Shown: positions 29,621-37,760 of the stretch, piece by piece
How the letters are laid out: each line of letters opens with the position of its first letter
Position numbering within the stretch: position 1 is the first letter of the stretch
Sequence record: PZ452584.1
Reading direction: 5' to 3' (one strand)
Length of the DNA stretch: 64,000 bases
From: a phage
Made by a program: the position numbers and the translations under genes
Notes under the pieces: generated by a model
Databases searched by the model: none
Told to the model about the DNA's origin: nothing
Seen by the model: the letters and a program-made list of their open reading frames with translations, nothing else

Positions 29621-29931
29621 TTATAATCTTTATATTTTTCATGCAGTTGTGCAGGAATAACAAATGAACCGATAATAAGTAAAACAAGCAAAATGGCAAG
29701 TATAAATGCTGATGGAATAAGAGTCCATAAACTACCAAAAATAAGCCATTTCTGTATGATTTCTGCACAGATGATAGTTAGCCCTACGAGTATAGCACAT
29801 CCGAAAAAAGAAACGAAAAATGTAGGAATAACAATAGACCAAAAATATGCACATAGTGTCTTAGGTCGTTGCCATTCATCGTTAAACAATTTGAATAATT
29901 TATAGTGCCAAGAGTTTTCATTAATAATCAT
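29593..29931 (-). CDS. membrane protein (multi-TM)
   Basis: 112 aa with 3 hydrophobic helices. Confidence 0.45.
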   Translation of the reverse strand: MIINENSWHYKLFKLFNDEWQRPKTLCAYFWSIVIPTFFVSFFGCAILVGLTIICAEIIQKWLIFGSLWTLIPSAFILAILLVLLIIGSFVIPAQLHEKYKDYKWKRIMLYM

Positions 29932-29933
29932 AA

Positions 29934-30455
29934 TTATCCTTTCATTGAAGGCGTAACGGTTGTTAAATATTTAATCATAGCTTCAGCTTCTGATTTTGAT
30001 AATGAAATTTCTCCATTGTTTTGACGAATAGAAATAAAATCCGGATGACGGTCACCACCAGCTTTTAAAACACACATATAAGTATCAACTTCGCCTTCAA
30101 TATTTGAAATGATTGAAGCAGTTCCACATGAATGCGGTTTTTGATAAATCAACACAGCTTTTCTTCCGCCATTTGACTGCTCATAGGCTTTTAATACATC
30201 AAGCAAATCAGTTCTTTTATCAATAGCTAAAATGTTATTTTCATCTTCAATGTTAAATCCTTCGGATACTTCATAAAGCGTTACCCATAAATCACCAATG
30301 TCAATAACAGCATTTACTTTTCCACGGCTTTCAAGAGTATGACAAATTTTCTTGATTTCGTCATAACTCATTTTAATAATATCATCTCCTTGACTAAGAA
30401 AGATGTCATTTTTAAATTCAACACGAATTAAACCGCTTCCACTTGAAATAAACAT
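29934..30455 (-). CDS. hypothetical protein, tandem paralog 1
   Basis: 173 aa; C-terminus SKSEAEAMIKYLTTVTPSM and internal GFNIEDEN resemble downstream-adjacent ORF. Confidence 0.45.
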   Translation of the reverse strand: MFISSGSGLIRVEFKNDIFLSQGDDIIKMSYDEIKKICHTLESRGKVNAVIDIGDLWVTLYEVSEGFNIEDENNILAIDKRTDLLDVLKAYEQSNGGRKAVLIYQKPHSCGTASIISNIEGEVDTYMCVLKAGGDRHPDFISIRQNNGEISLSKSEAEAMIKYLTTVTPSMKG

Positions 30456-30461
30456 ATTTCC

Positions 30462-31016
30462 TCACTTTGAAATCATAGTTGGAATAACAGAATCAAGATA
30501 AGTCTTTAGTGCAATAGCTTCGTCTTTGGTAAATGTGACAATATGTGCTCGAAAATCATCAATTTGACGAATAGTTAAGACATCTCCATCTTCATAACAT
30601 TTTGATACGTTTAAAACAGTTTCATCATTCTGATTGCAAGCGTTAGTAATAATAGCATTGCAATTTTTAAACCATTTTAAACTATGTTTTCTTTCATTAG
30701 AATAATAAAAATATTTAATCTTATCTATAAAACTGTCCCAATGGATAACTGATAAGCATATTGACTCGCTTTCAATATTAAATCCTGGGCATGAAGAATA
30801 AAAATGAATTTTATGCTCATCATTAATGCTTACAATTTTATCAGTATAAGGATATTCAATTTGGGTTAAATGAATAATTTCACTAGGTGTAAAATACAGC
30901 ATATCGTCTTCTTGCGTCAAACGATACATATTATTTACTTTTTCTATAGCCAATTCGCCAAAAAGCGGACTAACTTCTAATACTAATCGTTTCATATTAA
31001 TCCTTTTTAATGGCAT
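30462..31016 (-). CDS. hypothetical protein, tandem paralog 2
   Basis: 184 aa; C-terminus TKDEAIALKTYLDSVIPTM and GFNIESES match paralog 1. Confidence 0.45.
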   Translation of the reverse strand: MPLKRINMKRLVLEVSPLFGELAIEKVNNMYRLTQEDDMLYFTPSEIIHLTQIEYPYTDKIVSINDEHKIHFYSSCPGFNIESESICLSVIHWDSFIDKIKYFYYSNERKHSLKWFKNCNAIITNACNQNDETVLNVSKCYEDGDVLTIRQIDDFRAHIVTFTKDEAIALKTYLDSVIPTMISK

Positions 31017-31275
31017 GAATTTGTTCTAAAATTTTAGAGTATTCCTTTATATCAGATTTACGTACAATCGATACACTATAAGGCATACTATCGGTGTCTT
31101 TTATAAAGCGTTCCAAATGACACTCTAACAAAATTTCTGGATTATAAATCGTGTACATCAAATTACCTGTTGCTCCACGATATTGACAGATTTCTACTGA
31201 TTGAGCATCATTCCACAATTTTGTTAAGACTAAATCACCTACTTCTAATTTAGGAAAGCCCATGTTATTCACCAA
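30997..31275 (-). CDS. hypothetical protein
   Basis: 92-aa ORF. Confidence 0.4.
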   Translation of the reverse strand: MVNNMGFPKLEVGDLVLTKLWNDAQSVEICQYRGATGNLMYTIYNPEILLECHLERFIKDTDSMPYSVSIVRKSDIKEYSKILEQIHAIKKD

Positions 31276-31450
31276 TTAAAGTTTCAATATAAGAATCAAG
31301 ATTTACTTTAGCTTCTTCCATAAGAGTTTTGTATTTAATCTTGTTAGCATGTCCGGAGAAAGCTGATTCATCAATAACTGTTGCTGTATGAACAGCTTTG
31401 CTATATGTTTCAATTAATTCTCTTAATTTAAAAGCCTGCTCACTTGTCAT
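31265..31450 (-). CDS. hypothetical protein
   Basis: 61-aa ORF with SD GAGGAG. Confidence 0.4.
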   Translation of the reverse strand: MTSEQAFKLRELIETYSKAVHTATVIDESAFSGHANKIKYKTLMEEAKVNLDSYIETLIGE

Positions 31451-31554
31451 TACATACTCCTCTGAATCATATCAATAATATTGTTCACCAGATTATAAGT
31501 AAACATTGGGTAATTATATTGAATCATCACATACACAACAAACAAAACTTTCAT
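31450..31554 (-). CDS. small hydrophobic peptide (34 aa)
   Basis: ATG 31552-31554 with SD AAGGAG at 8 nt; MKVLFVVYVMIQ...; stop overlaps next ATG. Confidence 0.3.
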   Translation of the reverse strand: MKVLFVVYVMIQYNYPMFTYNLVNNIIDMIQRSM

Positions 31555-31582
31555 TCTCTTCTCCTTGGCAGTTGACAAGATT

Positions 31583-31612
31583 ACTATACCATAACCTTGC
31601 CAACTTGTAAAC
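31583..31612 (-). promoter_or_regulatory. sigma70-type early promoter
   Basis: GTTTAC-N18-TATAGT. Confidence 0.45.
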
Positions 31613-31614
31613 CA

Positions 31615-31788
31615 TTAAATGACGTTTTCAATAAAATTCTGGAGTTTTGTGTGAGCATCAACCATGATTTTCATTTCTTCCTTTGCGAAAGCTATGCCTC
31701 TTTCCCGAGAAGAACACTCATAGTCAGAAACTGCATTAGCATATTCTTCAATTAGCTTCATTAAAAACATCTGCTTTTCAGTTTTCAT
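31615..31788 (-). CDS. small protein (57 aa)
   Basis: ATG 31786-31788 overlapping upstream stop (ATGAAAACTGA); not in ORF track. Confidence 0.3.
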   Translation of the reverse strand: MKTEKQMFLMKLIEEYANAVSDYECSSRERGIAFAKEEMKIMVDAHTKLQNFIENVI

Positions 31789-31972
31789 TATTCCACCTAA
31801 TCATTTCAAGATATTGAACTAACTTAGCTTTGGATTTATCCAAATCCTTTTTAGCTGCTTCTATACCGTCGTATGAATATCCTTCACAATGCTCAACTGC
31901 TAATTGATATGAATCTATTTCAATATCACGTGCTAATTTAATGATTTTTTCAAACTGTTCGCGTGTTAGCAT
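31778..31972 (-). CDS. hypothetical protein
   Basis: 64-aa ORF. Confidence 0.4.
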   Translation of the reverse strand: MLTREQFEKIIKLARDIEIDSYQLAVEHCEGYSYDGIEAAKKDLDKSKAKLVQYLEMIRWNNEN

Positions 31973-31974
31973 AC

Positions 31975-32214
31975 TTAAACTCTCGTATTATGATCGATAA
32001 TTTCATCAAGAAACATATCTAACGCTTCTAAAGCATTATCAACTTTAGCTTCAAATTCATCAATGCCTTTATTTGCAATGCCTGACGAAAACCAAGCAAA
32101 GTCACTAAGTTCCTCGTCTGCTTTACGAATTAAAGCTACTAATTCCTTAATTTTATCCGCTTGTTCGATACTAATCATTATTCCACCACATATGAAAGAG
32201 AGAATATTGCACAC
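31975..32214 (-). CDS. hypothetical protein
   Basis: 79-aa ORF. Confidence 0.4.
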   Translation of the reverse strand: MCNILSFICGGIMISIEQADKIKELVALIRKADEELSDFAWFSSGIANKGIDEFEAKVDNALEALDMFLDEIIDHNTRV

Positions 32215-32366
32215 GCCATGTGAGTTGCAGCTTCATCACACATATTATAACGTTTCTTAAGAAGTTCTACAAGTTCTTCACTAGTAACTTCATCCATGTC
32301 GACGAAAAAATCACCATTAATGATGACGTAGATATTTCCTTCTTGATTGAGTGCTTCAATTTTCAT
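32178..32366 (-). CDS. hypothetical protein
   Basis: start at ATG 32364-32366 ([16 protein letters not shown]); upstream part of track ORF is promoter read-through. Confidence 0.4.
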   Translation of the reverse strand: MKIEALNQEGNIYVIINGDFFVDMDEVTSEELVELLKKRYNMCDEAATHMACAIFSLSYVVE

Positions 32367-32394
32367 GATGTTCTCCTCTTTATCCGATAGTTGT

Positions 32395-32424
32395 ATAGTA
32401 CCACAGCTCAAACGGAAAGTAAAC
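32395..32424 (-). promoter_or_regulatory. sigma70-type early promoter with conserved leader block
   Basis: GTTTAC-N18-TACTAT-ACAACTATC. Confidence 0.5.
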
Positions 32425-32440
32425 CGGTAAAATGAAAAAA

Positions 32441-32456
32441 GTCTCCCGAAGGAGAC
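32441..32456 (-). terminator. C(UUCG)G tetraloop hairpin
   Basis: GUCUCC-UUCG-GGAGAC after rI.-1-like ORF. Confidence 0.45.
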
Positions 32457-32461
32457 TAATG

Positions 32462-32848
32462 TTATTCGAGGGAAAGAAGATACTTACTCTGGTAAAACAT
32501 TCCAGTAATATCATCTATCGTGCTTTGAATGGCTGGAGGCATTTCTTTATAAATGCTGTTAGATTGGTCTAGTATGCGATCAATCATTTTAATTGTGTCG
32601 GTAGGAAGTTTACTGGCATCTGGAATTGAAGGTGTGTATTTTCTACCAGAATACCCCAAATATTGCTCACCAAATTTATCAATCAAATCTGGCAACTCGG
32701 AGAAAATAAAATCGTATGCTTTGTGTCTAGCATAACTTTTAGTTTCAAAATGCGCAGAATGAAAATAAGCTTGTGCAGCCATTAATAAACCTAAGTATTC
32801 ATCTGCCTTTGAAGGTTTTCCACTTTGTGAAAAGTCGCTGAATTTCAT
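32462..32848 (-). CDS. hypothetical protein (T4 rI.-1 position)
   Basis: 128-aa ORF downstream of rI. Confidence 0.5.
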   Translation of the reverse strand: MKFSDFSQSGKPSKADEYLGLLMAAQAYFHSAHFETKSYARHKAYDFIFSELPDLIDKFGEQYLGYSGRKYTPSIPDASKLPTDTIKMIDRILDQSNSIYKEMPPAIQSTIDDITGMFYQSKYLLSLE

Positions 32849-33138
32849 TCAGTCTCCAATTTAATGTTCATAATTCTAGCGTATGATTGTGCCATCTCCG
32901 CGCCTCGTTCTATACATTCAAAATCAGAAGAGCACGGGTCATTTTTATAGGTCGTTCTCATAAAACTATAGAATTGTTCAGACGATTCTACGCTTTTATT
33001 TTCAAAAAGTGTATAAACGTGCCTAATACCAGATTCCATAAATTTATCAAAATGAGGATCGACATTCGCTTCAATCGATGGAGATAAAACAAATGACAAT
33101 CCTAGCATGGCAAAAAGTGCCGTTGCTTTTAAGGCCAT
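32845..33138 (-). CDS. rI: lysis-inhibition regulator RI (membrane/periplasmic)
   Basis: 97 aa MALKATALFAMLGLSFVLSPSIEANVDPHF... matches T4 RI as recalled; N-terminal signal-anchor. Confidence 0.85.
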   Translation of the reverse strand: MALKATALFAMLGLSFVLSPSIEANVDPHFDKFMESGIRHVYTLFENKSVESSEQFYSFMRTTYKNDPCSSDFECIERGAEMAQSYARIMNIKLETE

Positions 33139-33150
33139 AAAGGCCTCCTA

Positions 33151-33363
33151 TCATTTTTGTCCTGTATTTACTTTATGCCGGTGCACGGCCTTAACTTTAT
33201 CAAGGTATTTTTCAAAATTTCGCAATCTAGTATAGTCTGCCGGAGATTGGTTGAGCGATACTTCTCGACGCAAAGCTGAAATGATATTTCCAACTTCCCT
33301 ACGAATTTCATCTAATTGAAGCACAGTAAGATTGCGAAGTTGCTTTTCAGTTAATTGTAGCAT
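33151..33363 (-). CDS. hypothetical protein (T4 rI.1 position)
   Basis: 70-aa ORF between tk and rI. Confidence 0.5.
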
Positions 33364-33405
33364 ATATACCCCTTTAGTTAGATAAACCTATTTATAACTT
33401 TTGCA

Positions 33406-33987
33406 CTAACCGAGTTTTTTAGTTAATTCATTCCAATGTTTTCTACACAAAGAAACATAAATTTCATCACCAATACAGATTTGATTACCTTCTTTAACTG
33501 GTGTTCCATCTTCCATTAATCGAGCTGTCATAATCGCTTTTTTACCGCAATGACAAACTGCCTTTAGTTCAATAAGTTTATCTGCAATCGCCAAAAGTTC
33601 TTTAGAACCTTCAAACAATTTTCCAGCGAAATCAGTCCTTAATCCATAAGCCATAACAGGAACATTATATGTATCAACAATTCGGCTCAATTGATGCACT
33701 TGTTCAGTTTTTAAAAACTGAGCTTCATCTACAAATACGCAATGAATATCTTTTTGTGCTTCAGCCCATTTATAGAACTCGAAAATATCCATATCATCTG
33801 TAATAATATTCGCTTCCTGTTTAATTCCAATGCGAGAAACAACTTCACAGACAGAATCGCGAGTATCAATAGCAGGCTTAAGAACTAATACACTCATTCC
33901 ACGTTCTTTATAATTATGTGCAGCAGTCAAAAGAGAAGCAGATTTTCCAGCATTCATTGCTGCATAAGTAAAAATTAAACTCGCCAT
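33406..33987 (-). CDS. tk: thymidine kinase
   Basis: 193 aa; P-loop AAMNAGKS, VDEAQF, C-terminal zinc ribbon CHCGKKA...CRKHW. Confidence 0.95.
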   Translation of the reverse strand: MASLIFTYAAMNAGKSASLLTAAHNYKERGMSVLVLKPAIDTRDSVCEVVSRIGIKQEANIITDDMDIFEFYKWAEAQKDIHCVFVDEAQFLKTEQVHQLSRIVDTYNVPVMAYGLRTDFAGKLFEGSKELLAIADKLIELKAVCHCGKKAIMTARLMEDGTPVKEGNQICIGDEIYVSLCRKHWNELTKKLG

Positions 33988-33996
33988 ATCACCTTC

Positions 33997-34203
33997 TTAA
34001 AGCGTATTCACATAAGCTATTAATTCATTTTCTTTCTTATCAAACCGATCAGCAAATTCTTCCTGCTGTTCGGGAGATAGCGGGCCGTATTCATCATAAA
34101 AGGTGTTTGCTTCTGTATGCTCATCTAGAAGTTCATGGATAAGCTCAAACAATTTATCTTTTTGTTCTTTACTCAGACTCATAACCATGTCACCTTTAAG
34201 CAA
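33997..34203 (-). CDS. hypothetical protein
   Basis: 68-aa acidic ORF. Confidence 0.4.
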   Translation of the reverse strand: MLKGDMVMSLSKEQKDKLFELIHELLDEHTEANTFYDEYGPLSPEQQEEFADRFDKKENELIAYVNTL

Positions 34204-34391
34204 TATTCTTCTACATGTTGTTTACGACCTTTCTTATCAATAAAGGTATATTCAACGAATGTTCCAATGTAGTCTTTATCTACATCATGTGGACTATTAA
34301 TTGGACATTTAGTACGGCAAATGCGTTCCCATTGACGAATAATTACTGCTTTGTTTTTAGGATCAAACGGATGTGGGTAATGTACTTTCAT
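34179..34391 (-). CDS. hypothetical protein
   Basis: 70-aa ORF. Confidence 0.4.
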   Translation of the reverse strand: MKVHYPHPFDPKNKAVIIRQWERICRTKCPINSPHDVDKDYIGTFVEYTFIDKKGRKQHVEEYCLKVTWL

Positions 34392-34842
34392 AATCCACCA
34401 CTATTAAATCAATATCAGGAGTAAACATGTCGATTAATTTAGAAACCTTATCCCAATCACCGCCAGCAATACCACAACCTATGCGTGGAATGTAAATTAC
34501 CGGTTTAAACAAAAGGGTTTCTGCCTGTAGATTTAATTCTATCATGCAGTTTACTAAAGCACCATAATCAAGATTAGGACCTGGTTCGTATTGCGTATAC
34601 AGGTTATAGCATATACCAAATCCCGTAGGACTATGTTTAAAAACAATAGACATATCACCTAATTTATCACGAGAACCGTACTCGGTAGTGGTTTTATCTA
34701 TTTCTAAAATTTTGGGATAGGCTCTTGCTAATTGACCCGCTACACCTGAACCCATAGTATGAAAACAATTGCACCCATGCGCAATAATATTACCTTGAAG
34801 AAATAGGGCGACAATATCGCCCTTGATATATTTTACAATCAT
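34363..34842 (-). CDS. macro-domain (ADP-ribose-binding/processing) protein
   Basis: 159 aa; GDIVALF...IAHGCNCFHTMGSGVAGQL and IGCGIAGGDW fit macro-domain signature motifs. Confidence 0.55.
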   Translation of the reverse strand: MIVKYIKGDIVALFLQGNIIAHGCNCFHTMGSGVAGQLARAYPKILEIDKTTTEYGSRDKLGDMSIVFKHSPTGFGICYNLYTQYEPGPNLDYGALVNCMIELNLQAETLLFKPVIYIPRIGCGIAGGDWDKVSKLIDMFTPDIDLIVVDYESTLPTSV

Positions 34843-35186
34843 CTAGTACTCAATCCTCGATTATAAGAATCTACCAAACGGTCAACCATTGAATGACAAG
34901 CGGCTTTATCTTTCTCCTCCGCAACTGAACATTCTAAGGTATTCCACTTTTTAGCATATCGTTTTAACAATGTATCGTTTTTGTATCTGCTTGATTTATC
35001 TCTTTCTCCGTCTTTATATGCATATATTAATTTCTGTGCAAATTCAGCTTGGCATGCTTTATTTTTCCCGCAATAATCTGCCGCAGTGCGGTTTACATAT
35101 TCTCTAATTTCAGTATATGATGTATCTGCTGACGCAGAAGCAGAAAATGAAATTAATCCTATACATAAAACCAAAATTTTAGTCAT
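34839..35186 (-). CDS. secreted/periplasmic small protein (115 aa)
   Basis: N-terminal signal peptide MTKILVLCIGLISFSASASA; 4 Cys; position/length of T4 vs, not verified. Confidence 0.45.
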   Translation of the reverse strand: MTKILVLCIGLISFSASASADTSYTEIREYVNRTAADYCGKNKACQAEFAQKLIYAYKDGERDKSSRYKNDTLLKRYAKKWNTLECSVAEEKDKAACHSMVDRLVDSYNRGLSTR

Positions 35187-35724
35187 TTACTATTTCCAAA
35201 AGTTTATTATTTTTAAGGTAATTAGCCTTTTCTAGGACTTCAGAAGCATATTTAGAACCAGCTTTAACATTCCATCCCGAATTATAAGAGGATATTGCTT
35301 TTCTTATATCGCCCTTATGTATATTTAACCAATAAGAAAGTTCAATGTACGCCCAGGAAGCTGAATTGGACCGTTTATTCAACATTCTTTTTATTTCAGC
35401 ATCGGTCATATTATAACCAAGTTCCTTAACTCTTGCTCGCATAGTAGGCAAATAATTTTGGAACATTCCATAAGCGTGATGCTTTGGTTTAGATTTTAAA
35501 TTAACTCCGCCAGAGCTTTCTTGCCATAAAATAGCAGCCATTATATGACCTAATCCGCTCTTGTGGATATTTTTGTGTGTTTTATATTTTCCATCCTTAG
35601 AAAACTGTTCCCCGAATTGATACGCGTAACGCATGTTATCGAGTTGGACATTACTGAAAGTATGCTCGGAGCTATGTGCCATCATTGAAATGGCCAATAG
35701 ACCAGCGAGTAGTGCTTTTCTCAT
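35179..35724 (-). CDS. secreted lytic transglycosylase (SLT-domain) protein
   Basis: signal peptide MRKALLAGLLAISMMAHS; SLT motifs ILWQESSGG (E-S), AYGMFQN, SSYNSGWN. Confidence 0.6.
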   Translation of the reverse strand: MRKALLAGLLAISMMAHSSEHTFSNVQLDNMRYAYQFGEQFSKDGKYKTHKNIHKSGLGHIMAAILWQESSGGVNLKSKPKHHAYGMFQNYLPTMRARVKELGYNMTDAEIKRMLNKRSNSASWAYIELSYWLNIHKGDIRKAISSYNSGWNVKAGSKYASEVLEKANYLKNNKLLEIVND

Positions 35725-35731
35725 GCTTACC

Positions 35732-36193
35732 TCATTGAGTTTTAATTACTGCTTTAGAAGCCTTTCCTGGTAAACGACGACTATTGATAATTGCCATCCT
35801 GCACTGAAGTGACGGGTTTTTGAACTTCGCATTAGGTTTACAAACTGTAAATCCAAGCCAAAGATTTCCATCTGTGATTTCTAAACGTCCAGGACGATAT
35901 TCAACCCCATCAATAAAATCCTCGTCAATGTCAGGACGCGGAGGCATACTCAGGAATTCATTAACTTCTAAAACATGGTCTTTTATTTTATGGAATAATT
36001 CAAAAACATATGTCTCGTCAATCTCCCGTTGAATTGCACGATCAAGAAGATGCTGAGAATATTTTAGATGAAACGATGAGACCCCTGCTGCTTTTGATGC
36101 CTCACGAATCTCATTGTTAATTTGACGAAACTCCGACTCAAAGTGACGACGGAGCTTATTTCGACGGATAAAAACTTCTGTGTTGATAGTCAT
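35732..36193 (-). CDS. regB: RegB endoribonuclease
   Basis: 153 aa MTINTEVFIRRNKLRRHFESEFRQINNEIREASKAAG..., T4 RegB size and position. Confidence 0.88.
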   Translation of the reverse strand: MTINTEVFIRRNKLRRHFESEFRQINNEIREASKAAGVSSFHLKYSQHLLDRAIQREIDETYVFELFHKIKDHVLEVNEFLSMPPRPDIDEDFIDGVEYRPGRLEITDGNLWLGFTVCKPNAKFKNPSLQCRMAIINSRRLPGKASKAVIKTQ

Positions 36194-36220
36194 GTTATTC
36201 TCCTCTTAACTGATAGAAAA

Positions 36221-36250
36221 ATTATACCACAGTCAAGAGGAAAAGTAAAC
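36221..36250 (-). promoter_or_regulatory. sigma70-type early promoter (regB)
   Basis: GTTTAC-N18-TATAAT 28 nt upstream of regB ATG. Confidence 0.55.
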
Positions 36251-36252
36251 AG

Positions 36253-36531
36253 TTATTCTTTAAATCTGATCAATTTATTCATAGACTTTGAAACTTCTGC
36301 ACGAACCTCATGTAGATTTTTGAGCTGTTCAAGACGCTGCGCATAGTAAGCAATTTCATCTTCTTCGAGACAGTCCTGCGAATCTTCTTTAAGATAGCGT
36401 GCATAATCCTGGAAAGCATTACGAATTACTTCTTGGAAGTCATCAAGACTTTGAATTTTCTTAGGAGCGGCAGATACACGACGAGGTGCAGTATAATACT
36501 CATAACCAAACCCTGCGCTTAATTGAGCCAT
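36253..36531 (-). CDS. hypothetical protein
   Basis: 92 aa from ATG 36529-36531; TAATG overlap with upstream gene. Confidence 0.4.
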   Translation of the reverse strand: MAQLSAGFGYEYYTAPRRVSAAPKKIQSLDDFQEVIRNAFQDYARYLKEDSQDCLEEDEIAYYAQRLEQLKNLHEVRAEVSKSMNKLIRFKE

Positions 36532-36797
36532 TAGTATTTTTCCTCTGGTTGGAACACAGCACGGCAAGCCCACATACTTGCTTCTTTGAGTTTCGTTTTA
36601 GCAATAGTTAACTGATCGAGGCTTTCGGCGTAATTCTTCGCGAGTTCATCATCTTCACAGCTATCAAATGCTTCCCAAAATTCATTGTATAAAGCATCAA
36701 AGATAAGTCCTAAACGAACTTCAGCGTCTTTAATAGCATTTACTTTACCGATTTTTTCGTCGGTATGTGGCTTATAACCTTTAATATCTTCAATCAT
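36531..36797 (-). CDS. hypothetical protein
   Basis: 88 aa from ATG 36795-36797 (SD GAGGAA). Confidence 0.4.
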   Translation of the reverse strand: MIEDIKGYKPHTDEKIGKVNAIKDAEVRLGLIFDALYNEFWEAFDSCEDDELAKNYAESLDQLTIAKTKLKEASMWACRAVFQPEEKY

Positions 36798-37011
36798 ATT
36801 TGACTTCCTCACCAGTACATAAATCGTATTCAACTAAACGAATAGGTTCATGAATGCCATATCCCTGAACAGAAATTTCTGTAGTAGGATAAATTCCATT
36901 AATATCACCCATGTTCCATGCTTCGTTAAATTGCTGTTCGCCTGAATTACTAAACCATTCGGCAAAAGCATTTAGCACATCTTCAGAACCTTCAATAATT
37001 ATCTTTGCCAT
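36790..37011 (-). CDS. hypothetical protein
   Basis: 73 aa; ATG overlaps stop of GrcA-like C-terminal frame (TAATG). Confidence 0.4.
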   Translation of the reverse strand: MAKIIIEGSEDVLNAFAEWFSNSGEQQFNEAWNMGDINGIYPTTEISVQGYGIHEPIRLVEYDLCTGEEVKYD

Positions 37012-37372
37012 TACAAACTTTCAGTAAAGGTACGAGCGATAACGTCGCGCTGCTGTTCCGGAGTCAGAGAGTTAAAGCGAACTGCATAACCGGATACACG
37101 GATGGTCAGCTGCGGATATTTTTCCGGATGCTTAACTGCATCTTCCAGAGTTTCACGACGCAGAACGTTAACGTTCAGGTGTTGACCACCTTCAATTTTA
37201 ACTGTAGGCTGTGGCTCAATTTCAATTTCACGGGCATGCAAACCATAGAAAATTTCCGGGTCTACAAAAGAGTCCTCTTTAAAGGTTTAGAAACGATAAT
37301 TCGTGCTTGAATACCATCTTCAAAATAAATAGTACCTTTATGTGTGCCTTCAAGAATTTGATATGCTTTCAT
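37011..37372 (-). pseudogene. GrcA/YfiD-like glycyl-radical cofactor gene interrupted by an apparent 1-nt frameshift
   Basis: C-terminal frame (37286-37011) encodes ...[72 protein letters not shown], near-identical to E. coli GrcA C-terminus; N-terminal frame (ATG 37370-37372, [30 protein letters not shown]...) stops at TAG 37262-37264; frames join if one base is added in TTTAAA run at 37278-37283. Confidence 0.7.
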
Positions 37373-37379
37373 ATAAACC

Positions 37380-37760
37380 TCAATTAGAAAATAAATTTAT
37401 CCAAGATTGTTCTTTAATTAAAAATGGCTCAGAATCATATGCCATTAAACTTTGCGTAATTAATCCTTTAAAAGGTCCATCAATAAATTCCATGGTAAAA
37501 TATGGAATTTTATTCATTAGCCGTGCATTAGGAGCAGTGCACAAAACTCTGCATCCTTTGAATACGCCTTTTTGTAATTTGTATTGCTTGGGATAAAATT
37601 CGCTTAAAATGTTGTTATTTGCCAAAATTTCAAAATGATTCACCAATTTATTTTTAATAGTTTTTGGCGAAAAATAAAGATATTCGAAAAGCTGAGTGTC
37701 TGTCATCATTGCATTCCGATTACGAAAAACTGTGGACGAGTAATACCACCAATGCAACAT
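37380..37760 (-). CDS. hypothetical protein
   Basis: 126-aa ORF; overlaps upstream ORF by 55 nt in different frame. Confidence 0.35.
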   Translation of the reverse strand: MLHWWYYSSTVFRNRNAMMTDTQLFEYLYFSPKTIKNKLVNHFEILANNNILSEFYPKQYKLQKGVFKGCRVLCTAPNARLMNKIPYFTMEFIDGPFKGLITQSLMAYDSEPFLIKEQSWINLFSN

